DNA of 63,452 nt, the filler included, from Welwitschia mirabilis (lineage: Eukaryota), in NCBI GenBank assembly GCA_051453625.1. It is 8 parts of one record of this genome, joined end to end, with 100 filler letters (N's around TTAATTAATTAA, not from the genome) between each part and the next. Parts side by side here need not be neighbours in the genome. Positions count along the whole stretch, not along the records: positions 1 to 10,487 come from JBOZIK010000001.1; positions 10,588 to 16,128 come from JBOZIK010000001.1; 6 more parts are not named here. The stretch is one strand, 5' to 3'. Numbering within the stretch: position 1 is the stretch's first letter; each line of letters starts with the position of its first letter. A model generated the notes under the pieces. The model was not told the DNA's origin. It saw only the letters and a program-made list of their open reading frames with translations, and searched no databases. Shown piece after piece: positions 1 to 13,500 of this stretch. A program made the position numbers and the translations under genes.

Positions 1-3000
1 TTTGTGACACCTTTATACACCTCTTTATTCCTTGTAAAATCCTCATAACAAACGTAATTCCAAAATTCAAAAAGTTCACTAGCATAGAAGACCCCATCAT
101 ACACATCAGAAATTTCAAACACATGTGTCATATGTATAACATTGATTGCAACACCACATGCCATCTATTTTGTCACTCTTTGAAGAGATAAGCTATCTAA
201 TGGAATCATCATATACCTACTCACATTGTTATAGGTTTAAAACAACTTTTAGAAATCTTTGTCCAATATTATTCAATTAATATCTTAAAGAGGATAACCT
301 TGGATACTATTACCATCATGCAACAATAGTCCAATGAGATTGTACAAAAGTATGCATATTAATAGAAATTCATCACACTATAGGAGGAGATTTCCATTGT
401 AAACTTAAACATGATGTATCTTTTTACCAAGTCATGCATGCCATATGTATTCAAACACCTAAGGATGTAGCACTTTAAGAATTTTAAACAAGTTGTTACT
501 CTAGCCAAGAGGATAAAGAAAATAGGAGAAGAAAAATAAGCTATTCAATATGGTAATACATTCCAAAATAAATCATCTAAAAAGAATAATAATAACAACA
601 CTAGAGGCGGTAACCCAAAAAATGTTACTATTATTAATCAATCATTTCAACTAGTTTTTCCATCCCAATTGATAGGCAACCCAATGATAGTGCTATTGAA
701 ACCTCAATCCCATTTTGCTTCTTAATATTTCACTCCTTAAATAGCTTATCATTAATTATATTATCTTCATCATAATAAGTGAAACCTCCACTATGACCAC
801 AACCTCAACAATAAGCATATGCATCTAAAAGTCAAGGTCAAAATAAGCCTTAAAGTCAAACCTCAATTCCTCAATGTAGAAGAAACTTCATAAAGATAAA
901 TATCCTAATAAAATAAATCCTTTTAATGTTACTCAAAATGAGGGCAATATAATTATCCCTAATCTAATAAAAATATCCTAATGCACTCAAACCGATAGGG
1001 TATGATAATTTGAAGTACTATAAGTACCACTGAGTCTATGGGTATTATGCCAAAAACTATTTCAACCTAAGTCATATTATCTATAACATCATCAAAAATA
1101 AAAAGAACATAAAATTTGATATGATCTTAGTAGCTACAAATGAAGAGATTGAGATCTATGAAAATCCATTTCCTTCTCAACCCTCTACATTACAACTACG
1201 ATATAATGCGTCATTCCAAAATGAAAACAATCCCTTTATGATTCTAATAATCCAACATCAAGCTGAGAAGCCACTAGAATTAATTATTCAAGAGAATAAG
1301 AAAAATTAAAAGCAATGATTTGAATGGAATATTCTTAGAGTTATCCTATCCCTCGATTACATGTACCAATGCAACCACTTGCCTCTAAAGTAAAGGAGGA
1401 GTACAAATTATCTAATCTTATTAATTGAGAGCTCTTAGCCTTATAGATTCATATTTAAAAGGATATTCAAGTAGCATTCAAGATTGAAATCACATTCTCA
1501 TTAAAGTCAACTACCGAAGGAGGAAGCCACCTCAAAGTAGGTGCACTTTCAGGGATGAGAAAATAATATAGTTTTCATACCATGAGATCTCTATGGACTC
1601 TAAGAGAATAATCATGGTAGAGACACCTTAAATATTACTAAAAATTAGGCATGCTAAAGTAAGTAGATCCTTCATAAATTATGGAGCCAAGTTAAATATA
1701 ATAGGTTTGTCATGCCTCGTTAAGCTCAAAATGTGCCATCTCTTAAATATAAAGAAAGGTGTAATGATTAGAGGGTTTAAGGATCATGAAGAAAAATCAA
1801 GAGAAATANNNNNNNNNNNNNNNNNNNNNNNNNNNNNNNNNNNNNNNNNNNNNNNNNNNNNNNNNNNNNNNNNNNNNNNNNNNNNNNNNNNNNNNNNNNN
1901 NNNNNNNNTAAGTACCACTAAGTCTATGGGTATCATGCCAAAAACTATTTCAACCTAAGTCATATTATCTAGGACATCATTAAAAATAAAAAGAACATAA
2001 AATTTGACATGATCTTAGTAGGTACAAATGAAGAGATTGAGATCTATGAAAATCCATTTCCTTCTCATTTCTCTACATTACAACTACCATAAAATGCGAT
2101 ATTCCAAAATTAAAACAATCCCTTTATGATCCTAATAATCTAACATCAAGCCAAGAAGCCATTAGAATAAATTATTCAAGAGATTAAGAAAAATTAAAAG
2201 CAATGATTTGAATGGAATATTCTTGGAGTTATCCTATCCCTCGATTACATGCGCCAATGCAACCACTTGCTTCTAAAGTAAAGGAGGAGTATAATTATCT
2301 AACCTTATTAATTGAAAGCTCTCAGCCTCATAGATTCATATTTAAAAGGATATGCAAGTAGCATTGAAACTTGAAATCACATTCTAATTAAAGTCAACTA
2401 GCAAAGGAGGAAGCCACCTTAAAGTAGGTGCACTTTCAAGGATGAGAAAACAATCTAGTTCTCACACCATGAGATCTCTATGGACTCTAAGAGGATAATT
2501 ATGGTAGAGACACCTTACATATCATTAAACATTAGGCCTACCAAAGTAAGTAGATCCTTCATAAATTATGGAGCTGAGTTAAATATAATAGGTTTGTCAT
2601 GCCTCGTTAAGCTCAAAATGGACCATCTCTTAAATATAAAGAAAGGTGTAATGATTAGAGGGTTTAATGATCATGAATAAAAATCAAGAGAAATAGTTAA
2701 TTTACCTATAAAAATGGCTCAAAATGTCAAGGATACCAAATTTCATGAGATAGATAATGCAATCACATTCAACATATTATTAGAACATCCTCAGATAATG
2801 GACATAAGGGTAATCATATCTCTACTTCATTAGAAGTTAAAATTCATTGAATCCAAAATTTTAGTGCCATTAGAATGATACCACACCATGGTAAATGTGA
2901 AAGCTTCATCAATCTCATCTTTGTAACTATCACTTATACCCCAGAAGATGACTATTCCTTTCTTATACTTTGAACATGGTCTGGTAAACCCTCATAAGAT

Positions 3001-6000
3001 GAAGGTCTCACCAATTCTCAAAACTTAGATACTAGATGTAAAATGGATTTAATTTGTCTTAAATAACTTTTCAAGTAGCTTGTGATTTAAAATTTTTCCA
3101 TAAAATTAAAAAAAAAAAAGAAAATCAAAAAAATAAAAATTTATTTAAAACTTGGAAAAAAGTTTTAAAAAATGAAAATAGAGAAAAATACATATGTATA
3201 GATTTTTTTTTTTAAAAAGACAAAATAAGATTTAAACAAACACCAAAAAAATAAAACAAAAAACAAAATAAAAAAATTATGTTAGCTTACTTACCTAGCT
3301 AAAATGCAAAGGAAAAGTTCCTTCACAGTTAAAGTACCTTATGCAAAACAAGTTTGCACAATCGAGTAAAGTCTCAATAGCTAAGCAAAAGCCTCAGCCT
3401 ATTATACCATTCATGAAAACTATTAAAACATAATATTTTAAAACTTTTTAAAAACCTTTCTTAAAGAAAAACAAAGAAAGAAAAAGAATTCAAAATCTCT
3501 TCTAAATAGTTCATGCTTTTACATTCATCCTTTTTAGTCAAAGTAGGTTATGATATTTTTTAGTGTCTTCTTTAAGATTAATCCTTATTAGTAATTCTTA
3601 TGTCAATCTATTGGATTATAGAACATCATGATGAGAAGCTGATTGAGCATATCCCTGCATTTCACTCTTGATAATTGGCTTATCAAAAGATATGTTGATC
3701 TCAACCTTGTTGATTTTAATTATAGTGATCTCTTAAGAAAACATTGTATCTTTTAAATCAAGAGAAAATTATTAAAAATGTTAAAGCATATGAAATGATG
3801 AAGTTAGATAAGTTGAAGTTAACTTTGGCAAAACAACAAGATGTTGCAACATATCATTTTCTAGTGGACCCTACGAATTGAAAGAAATCTCTTAAGCTCA
3901 ATGAAAATCTACTATAATAGGCTAAATATGAGCTTAAAATGTGCTTTCTTCAAATAAGGACATCTTCATCTAGTATTATAAATATATGCTCAGTCTCAAC
4001 AAATTGATATTCATGCATAATGTCATTCTAAAGTTGAACTCGATTATAATGAGATAAAAAGTTAAAAATCTTAATCCTCATCTTGAATTAGTGGTGAAAT
4101 AATACCTATAGTGTCTTTTGACTACTAGTTCCCTTAACTAGTAGACTATTCAGATTAGCTGTCAAACATCGTGGTTGTTCCAAAGATAAATGATTAAATC
4201 AAGATTTATATTGATTATTATGATCTAAATAAGGTTACCTAAGCAATGATTATCAAACATCAACATCCTAGCAAATAACACTGCTTATTATGACCTCTTA
4301 TCATTCATGAATGGTTACTCAAGTTATAAGTAGATATTCATTAATTTTGTAGATTAACACAAAATGCCTTTTATAATACCATGGGATCTATTTTATTACA
4401 TCATGATGCCTTTTAAATTAAATAATATTGATATAATGTACCAGCATGTAATAATGCATATCTTTCATAACAAAATTCTTTAAATGAGAGGACTCTAAAG
4501 ACAATGTTGTGGTTAAGTTAAAGATATCATTAATCATACTAGTGGCTTAATTCATCTCTTCATATAAGTAAGGCAATGCAATCTAGACCTAAGAATTATG
4601 TGTTTAACACATCATTAGAAAAACTCCTAGGCTTTATGGTATCAAAAAGAGGTATAGAATTTAATCCAAATAAGACCAAGACAGTTACTGATATGCCACC
4701 ATCATGAAATCTAAAAGACTTGTGGATTCTATAAAGTAGGTATTAAGTAATATGTTAGTTTATCTCAACCTTGATAAATTAATGTAAGTCATCCATGCAC
4801 TTGCTCAAGAAAGACAGTGAGTTCAAATAAGATGAGAATTGCTAAAAGGATTTTGACAAGATCAAAGAGTATACCCCTATTCTGAGTCTACCTAGGCTAG
4901 ATTAGCTATTTGTATTTATCTTGCATATATTCCAACATCAATTAGCATGATAATCTTTTAAAGAGATGAACATTATCAAGATCATCCAATCTATTACATC
5001 AGTAGGACATTATACTAGGTAAGATAAACTATATTAATACAAAAAGGCATGTTTGAGTCTAGTATTTTCTTTGCAAAAGTTTCATCACCACATGATAACA
5101 AATAAAACAATTGTGATTAACAACTAGAACCTACTTAAACATCAACTAAAATACTCCACTAGTAATACATGATTGATAAAATAGGCATTGATCCTCATCG
5201 ATTTTGACTAGAATTTTAATTACAAAAATTAGTTAAAGGGAGCGACATAGTCAAATAAATGGTACATCTTGCAATTGAAACTAAAGGCAAAAACTCTAGT
5301 TAGTTTAAATAATTTCCTAATGAAGAAATTCATGTCATCAAAATAGAAAAGAATTAGGACACATTGATGTTCTTTGATAATGCATCCAACCAAAATGAAG
5401 GATTTGCAAAAGTTACTTTATTCTTGAATAATAAAACCAACTTACTATTCTTTTTTAAGCTAAAATTTCATTGCATAAATAACATTGCTGAATATAAAGT
5501 TTTTACAAGAGGAATCATGCTGGCCATTTGAGTAGGTTTTAAGAAATTATGCATTTTTAGTTACTCACAACTAGTCATCAATTAAGTCTTAGGAAAGTAT
5601 GAAGCTCAGTCACAAATTCTAGGTGCATATTTAGAAAAAGTAAAGAAGATTCTTACATCATTTAAATCATGTAAAATTCTATTCAGCCCTAGACATGAAA
5701 ATCAATTTGTAAACTATCTTGTAAGCCTTGTGTAAGGATGCTTTAGAGATCCATCTCTTAAGAATAAGTCATATGCATAGATGATAGTTAAAACTTTTAG
5801 ATGAACACCTGATGGTAATTATCTAGAGCTATTTTAAGAGGAGATAAGTTAATTAATATAAGATCCCAGAGTAAACAAGAACTTGTATGACATTATAGTA
5901 AATTACTATGTTGATGAAAGGCTATCAAAAAATCTCTTATTGCTATAGATGTAAAACTTTAGGAATCAAGCCATGTTCTTCATTCTAATTCAAGATTAAT

Positions 6001-7123
6001 TATACAAAGAGTTAAATAAAGGTATTTTATTCATATTTCTAAAGTTAATTAAAGTTACTCACATGTTAAAAGAGACACATTCTAGCTATGTGGGTCCCAT
6101 CAGAGGATAAGATCGCTATTAAGTCATGTAATAAGATCTAGTTATTTCTGAAAAAAAAAATGAGTGAAGACTATTTTAAAATGGTAAAAGCCTATCCCAC
6201 ATGTCAGATATTTTTGCTAATAATACATCAACCATGTATTAAAATCTTTTCTTATAATCTAGTTTGATGTTTTGAAAAGTGGAACATGGATCTTATTAGA
6301 TCTATTATGCCTACCTTATTAGGGAAACATGCCTTCATTCTTATCACAATAGAATACTTCTCTAAGTGGGTTATAGTAGTTCCATTATGGAAAAAAACAT
6401 TAAAGAAAATCCAAAATTGCATTCTTAAACACATCATTTTTAGATTTAGCATGCCCTATGTCATTATCACCAATAACAGCCCATAACTTAAGTCATCAGA
6501 ATTAAGGAATTTCTTAAGCAAATTTGGGATAAACACTAATTTTTGATGTTATGTTACCCTCAAGTAAATGGATAAGATGAGAAAACTAATAAATTCATAA
6601 TTAGCTATCTCAAGAATTTATTATAAAGTAATTCAAATTCATGGAATAAAAAACTTCCTTTCATACTATGGGCTTACCATACTATGATGAAGACTATTAC
6701 AGGAATGATTCATTTTAGTTAGTCTATCATACCAAAGTGATTTTGACTACTTAAATTTAAACTATCATCCTAAAAATCCTAGTCAAGGATTTAGAATTAT
6801 TTAATATGCAAAAGAAAAATGTATCTTACACAACTTAAAAGTTTAAACAAAAAGTGAGTGAAAGCCTTACAACAAAGACAACTCTACCAAAAGAGGATTA
6901 GTAATGCATATAACAAGGATGTGAATCTAAGATTGTATGAAGTAGGTGGCCCAGTACTGAAAGAAAATTTAACCAAAAAATACTTCCAAGTTTTTATCAC
7001 ATTAGCTAGAACCATTCATTGTCTTACAAAAATTTAATAATAAAACATACAAATTGAAGAGTTTAAATGATGTCAAAGAAAGTGAATTGATAAATTCCTT
7101 ATATCTTCAACCTTTCTATGAAT
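1..7123 (+). mobile_element. Degenerate Ty3/gypsy LTR retrotransposon gag-pol, Tat/Ogre-type (gag-PR-RT-RH-aRH-INT), with many stops and frameshifts
   Basis: Manual translation gives gag PKFKKFTSIEDPIIHIRNF (~60-115). RT motifs are VVVPK..IYIDYYDLNK (~4170-4235), LSFMNGYSSY, MPFKLNN and KLLGFMVSKRGIE (~4620-4660). A second RNase H shows FFDNASN, NNIAEY, SQLVI.*V and PRHENQFV (5370-5730). Integrase shows WNMDLI, IEYFSKW, IITNNS, YPQVNG and LWAYHT, ending NSLYLQPFY* near 7123. Domain order is gypsy. Confidence 0.9.
5370..5745 (+). pseudogene. Additional (aRH, 'archaeal-type') RNase H domain between the native RNase H and integrase
   Basis: Degenerate matches to the FDGAS / TNNxAEY / GDSxLVxxQV / PRxxNxxADxLA motifs typical of the extra RNase H in Tat/Ogre elements. 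Confidence 0.8.
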
Positions 7124-10100
7124 AAAATAGAATATAAAAAAATGTCATTTTATTTCATGCTATAATTTAATCATTTTGGCATTTTCGTTAGCTAGTTTAC
7201 ATGCTTTGTTATTGTATTTATTTTTTTGATGACAAATTTCATGTATATACACATTGGTTCTTGTGTAGGATAACATTATCCTCGGTTACACATCATGTAG
7301 ATTTTACATTTATTTTCAATGTTTAAGTTTTATAGACTATGGTTGAGCTTGTTTCTTAGATCATAGAAAGGATGCATGCTACTTACCTTCATGCACAACA
7401 TGAATGAGATCATTTATCAAGTGCACATGGCATGGGTTAATTCATTTCTCATGACCCTAATGTTTCTATGATTAACATTCTACTTCATAAGGTTACATCT
7501 ATGAAAGATGATGATGACAACATATGCCAAATTGACTCATGCTAAGAGACACCCGATCCTTCCCCTATAATAATTGATACCTTGCACAAGCTTTTTTGTT
7601 TTACCTGCTCATGTACTATAATCATCATTCTACCAGACATTAGTAGGTAAATTTTCCTTATGTCATGCAGTTTATCATGTTCTATGTCCATTGTTATTAT
7701 CCCATTTACTTCATTTCATTCATATCTACCATATCATTGCATTGGTCATATCCATATCACATTTCCTATGGTTTTCATTTTTCTTTTTTAAGAAAAATAG
7801 AAAGAAACAAAAAAATGCATTGTTTTAAAGTCTTATATTTTTAATCTTTCTAAATTTTTATTTTACACTTTTCTTCTACCCTTTATGTGTAGTTAGTTCA
7901 TCTCATTACAATTTTTGGTACATCTTTATAATGAGTTAACTTTCATCTAGTTAAGTCCTTATCTTACAAAGAAGTGTATTGTGCATGACTTCGTTAACAT
8001 TCTTAATGACACTAAGAAAAACTCAAAGTTGATGGATAATAGTTGAGATTATCAATATAATCTTAGCATGATAGACATAATTGAGTAGGAATACCCTCTT
8101 TTTTGAGAAATGAGTCGTTTATTTATCTTTACATAAATGGCTCCTTAGTAGGGTCTTTTAGTTAAGTCATTTCTTTATTTGACTATCTATACATTTGGTC
8201 TTGTATTAAACTACATTTAATTTTTCATGAAAGTAGTTTTCTACTTTTGGGAACTCACAGTGGTAATATTGGATTTCATCCATTAAGATATTCCCATGTC
8301 TATAACCTCTAATGTCTTATGTTATTTTATTAGTCTTAATTATATCAAATCTGATGCTTGTTTCTAGCTATGAGTCTTACAAGTTATCATTTCAATAATC
8401 AATCAAATGTTAAAAAAAATGAAAAATAAAAGGAAAATTTAAGTTAATTTATGCAATATTAATATTACACAATAAATATAAATAAAAAATAAAAAAATAA
8501 AAATAAAGTTTAATGTTCTACCACAAGTACACTGAAGTAAATATTAGTAACAGGGTAGCCATGGGAACTCTATTAAGATATCAGTTGGTTATAATCTGGC
8601 TTTTACTTATGGATCCTTATGCTCTTGGTAGTGGTTACACTCCCCTCCTCATAATGTATGGTGTTTTTCAAATACCCCATTTAACATATTAGTTATTGGA
8701 TAATGGATTAGTAACGTATCACTTGTTGTCATAGTGAATGTTGCGGTGTGTATTTGTGCAATAGTTCACATTTCAATTTCAATCCTGTTAATTATAATAA
8801 GATGCAAAATACAANNNNNNNNNNNNNNNNNNNNNNNNNNNNNNNNNNNNNNNNNNNNNNNNNNNNNNNNNNNNNNNNNNNNNNNNNNNNNNNNNNNNNN
8901 NNNNNNNNNNNNNNTTTTATAATTTAGATACTAGAGCAAGTTTGAATTTTTCAACTATAGAAGTTTCAGAGTGTTACAATTTGGTATCAGAGTTTTAAAG
9001 ATAAAAGATTTTAACTATAGAATTTCTGGGTTGAGTGTCAAAGTAGGTTTTAAAGTATTTTCAACAGTAGAATTTTGGGCTCTACATTTTGAAGTTTTGA
9101 AACTTGAAAATTTGGAATTTCACATTTTTTGTATTAGAGCAGTAAGTCTTATAGTTTTGCAACTATTTAAAATTTCGGAGTGTTACATTTTGGTATCAGA
9201 GCATTAAATTTGAATATTTTCAATAGTGTAACTTTTGGGCCTTTACAATGATAGACATAATTGAGTAGGAATACCCTCTTGATTGGGAAATAAGTCATTT
9301 ATTTATCTTTATATAAATGACTCCTTAGTAGGGTCTTTTAGTTAAGTCATTTCCTTGTTTGACTATATATACATTTGGTCTTGTATTAAACTACATAGTG
9401 ATAAGATTGAATTTCATCCATTAAGATATTCCCATGTCTATGACCTTTGATGTCTTATGTTATTTTATCTTAGTCTTAATTATATCAAATATGATGCTTG
9501 TTTCTAGCTGTGAGTCTTACAAGTTACCATTTTAATAATCAATCAATGTTGAAAAAATGAAAACGAAAAGGAAAATTTAAGTTAATTGATGAAATATTAA
9601 TATTATATACTCAATATAAATAAAAATAAAAAAAGAAAAATAAAGTTTAATGTTCTACCACAAGTATACCAAAGTAAATATTAGTAATAGGGTAGCCATG
9701 GGAACTCCCTTAAGATATCAGTTAGTTATAATCTAGCTTTTGCTTATGGATCCTTATGTCCTTGGTAGTGGTTACACTCCCCTCCTCATAATGTATGGTT
9801 TTTTTCAAATACCCCACTTAACATATTAGTTATTGAATGGTGTATTAGTAACGTATCACTTGTGTATGGAGTTTTTCAAATACCCCACTTAACATATTAG
9901 TTATTGGATGGTGTATTAGTAACGTATCACTTGCTGTCATAGTGAACAATTAGATTGAGTTATAATCTAGACATTATATTGATACTTTATAGGATAACCA
10001 AAGAAATTATCATAGCCACCACCGTTATTCCATAATCCTATATGGTGTTTAGCATCAAATCATACATTAATGACATCAAACAACTTTATGACCTATACCA

Positions 10101-10487
10101 ATGAACCTTACTAGCTAGCATTTAGAGGCATAGAAATTAATCTTTTTCATGTGATCATTTATCCATTTTTACATAGGCTTTTCTTGGTACTTGTAATTAA
10201 TTATTTCATAGTCATCTCTCACAATTATCCATAATTGATTTCAGACTAGTTTTAATTCTCAGTTAATTTGTCATTTTTTAGTACTCAAACCCCTCCTTCC
10301 ATTGATCTTTCCTTCATTACAACTTTTTCACTTACTTTATTTTCCATTCTACCAACATCTATTCATCACATGGTCATTTTAGTTTACTTTCACTTCAATT
10401 AATCAAATACATTGGCTCGTTATTTTGGTTACTATCATAGTTGTAACATTCCACTACTATCCATGATTGTTTATATTTACTACCTCT
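7124..10487 (+). mobile_element. Long non-coding 3' region of the Tat/Ogre-like element (partly present twice, with nested insertions)
   Basis: Follows the integrase stop directly and has no coherent ORF. 8068-8738 recurs at 9248-9946. A 71-bp unit is tandemly doubled at ~9792-9933 but single at ~8656-8724. Confidence 0.55.
8915..9247 (+). repeat. Tandem array of ~40-65 bp units, each an LTR-like end (…GTGTTACA) followed by a tRNA-iMet PBS (TGGTATCAGAGC)
   Basis: GTGTTACAATTTGGTATCAGAG at 8971-8992 and GTGTTACATTTTGGTATCAGAGC at 9180-9202. Degenerate PBS copies at ~8925-8937, ~9035-9044 and ~9129-9140. The block ends GGGCCCTTTACA at 9247. Confidence 0.75.
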
Positions 10488-10587
10488 NNNNNNNNNNNNN
10501 NNNNNNNNNNNNNNNNNNNNNNNNNNNNNNNTTAATTAATTAANNNNNNNNNNNNNNNNNNNNNNNNNNNNNNNNNNNNNNNNNNNN
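10488..10587. other. Artificial scaffold linker N44-TTAATTAATTAA-N44 (also 16129-16228, 39330-39429, 51941-52040, 56774-56873, 59811-59910, 61667-61766)
   Basis: An identical 100-bp layout occurs seven times. TTAATTAATTAA puts stop codons in all six frames. Confidence 0.97.
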
Positions 10588-13500
10588 CAGGCATATTCTG
10601 ATGTTTGGTGCTTTGGAAGAAGATTAGTAATGCTAGAGGCTAACTTATCTTGAGTTGAAAAGATAAGAAGAACTATTTTCCCCACTATTATACCCATGAT
10701 AGATAAGTTGACAACACTATACAAGCTATATGGAATGCTGACATGGATGAGAGTTGAAACCAATGAAGTCCTTTTTTTTAAAGGTATCATCCCCATTATT
10801 GTCCTCACAACATGAAGGATGATAAATTATGACTCATTATGATCATCCTAGTTATTTTTCCCATGATAGTCAGAACACAATTAAAATAGCTAGGTGACTT
10901 TCATCTATTTAATCCATTTCTTTCTCTAAATTGAGTGTATTTTTAGTGTAATTCGAGTGATGGTTATGCTTTTTTTACTATATAAATAAATTCCTCTTTT
11001 AATCCTAGTATCATCTTTAATGCACTAGAAATTCTTTTAATAGGAAATCGAAGGGTGAAAGATCCATTTTGTACAATTATAGAAGGATGTTTCTTTGATG
11101 TAGGATTATGCATCCTACATTGAGGTGTGACTATTTTATAACCTAAATGCTTCTTTGAATTATAATACAAACTCGGATTCTTTTATTCATTAATACTCTT
11201 TAATATCCATTATGATTTATNNNNNNNNNNNNNNNNNNNNNNNNNNNNNNNNNNNNNNNNNNNNNNNNNNNNNNNNNNNNNNNNNNNNNNNNNNNNNNNN
11301 NNNNNNNNNNNNNNNNNNNNTGTCCGAGAGTTTAAAGAAATAGTCATGAGAGAGCCAAGGGTTACTCTTTAAGGTAACATGCCTCAAAGGCTTGTGTATG
11401 AGTTTTGTGAACATTATCAATGAACTTACCATTAAAGATATGATGGAATATAAGAGAATGTTAAAGATTGCCTCTATGATTTTTAGTATCTAAGAGTAAA
11501 TTATTAGCACTATGAATATGTTTTATGGGGAAGATGTAACCTTCTAACAAAGCTATTGATTGTTTTTAAATTCTCCTTTCTTAGCATAAAGAATTATCAT
11601 TTTCTCTATTATCATTTTTGGATGCCCTATGACTGAGTGTAGTTAGATTATGCTGATATGGATGAGAGTTGAAACCAATGAAGTCCTTTTTTTTAAAGGT
11701 ATCATCCCCATTATTGTCCTTACAACATGAAGGATGATAAATTATGACTCATTATGATCATCCTAGTTATTTTTCCCATGATAGTCAGGACACAATTAAA
11801 ATATCTAGGTGACTTTCATCCGTTTTATCCATTTCTTTCTCTAAATTGAGTGCATTTTTAGTGTAATTCGAGTGATGGTTATGCTTTCTTTGCTATATAA
11901 ATAAATTCCTCTTTTAATCCTATTATCATCTTTAATGCACTAGAAATTCTTTTGATAGGAGATCGAAGGGTGAAAGATCCATTTTATATAATTATAGAAG
12001 GATTTTTCTTTGATGTAGGATTATGCATCCTACATTGAGGTGTGACTATTTTGTAACCTAAATGCTTCTTTGAATTATAATACAAACTCGGATTGTTTTA
12101 TTCATTAATACTCTTTAATATCCATTATGATTTATGTTATTTTTTATTTAATGACAGTCTCATTAATGATATAGGTCTTAAGGGTAACCTTCCTTAAGTT
12201 TGACAATATTAGTATAGAAGCATTTTACATTACATTCTATTCGATTTACTTGATAGTTCAAGTTGGTCTCAGTTAGTGACAGTCTCCCTAGTTAATTTAG
12301 ATTATATAGATCCAACAAGTTAATTTGGTAATTAGATAGGTGTTCATCTAGATTAAGTGCATTTACATTACGTTACATGTTTGATTTCTTGCATTGTTCT
12401 TAAGTTTAGGATATAATATTTTCTTTGAAAATCAATTCTTCTCTTTTCTTACATGCCTTTCATGGGTTTATGATATTTGGCTTACTTCCATTTATACTAG
12501 TGTGTTGTATTTACAACATATATAACTTTGTGATTAATAAGATTTGATAAAAGATAGGAAGTTACAAAATTATGCACCACAACATCTTGGCACCATTATT
12601 GGAAAAGGCTGCTAAGAAGTACAAGAATTGTTATCACTCAGGTGAGTAAATCTGATTTTATATTGAATATTTAACTATAGTAATGTTGTATTTCTAGTTA
12701 AGAATCATAGGATTTTTGTTTATATTTTTTAGTTTTTTTTCAGTACTATAATAACAGTCTATCATTTCTTGTATCATTGTCATAACATTGAGAACAACAA
12801 CATAAATTTTCTAGTTTATTTTTTGTCTATAAATTTTTCTTTCTATTTCTGTAGCAATAGTAACATAATTGTAGTATTAATTATTTTCCTTATAATAAGG
12901 TGGACAACAGCCTGTTTTTCTACCTACGGCTTTCTACTTATAATAATTTTTTTTGAGTTCAGCAAAACTTTATATTTTTTGTATCGTGGTTCCCTTTATC
13001 ATTCCATGATAAGACAGATGATTGTTAGTTATTTTTTATTTTGTTTTTATTATTTTCTAGCTAAAGTATGTTATGATATGGTTGATTTGGGGAAAAAATC
13101 TCAGAGAGAAAGGCTATTGATAGAAGAAAATATTAGAGAAGTATTAGTCGACTTCAAATTAGAATCTGGTATACAATCCCTAGGCGCATATAATATTCCT
13201 TTTTGAGTTTTTCTTTTCATAATCTAATTTTGTAAAATAAAATTTTTTAGAAAGTAATTTAGAAGAAGATAGTTTTAAGATATCGAGTACTTCAGAAATG
13301 CAAAAATAATTCATATGGTTTTTAACCTCTCGTTCTAATGCAAATCTTACCCTTAAGGAACTAATAGCTAATGGAAAGCATGAAATACAAACTCCTTTTG
13401 CTTTACTCCTAGGAGATGATGTTGAATTGAAAAATTTAAATGCTTATCCCATTTTAGTAATAAAAATGATGAGAATCTCCTCCAATACATTTTGAACATT

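Noticed and set aside
10532..10543. Recurring TTAATTAATTAA palindrome (7 copies)
   Set aside because: Always centred in a 100-bp N block. It is a six-frame-stop scaffold linker, not biology.
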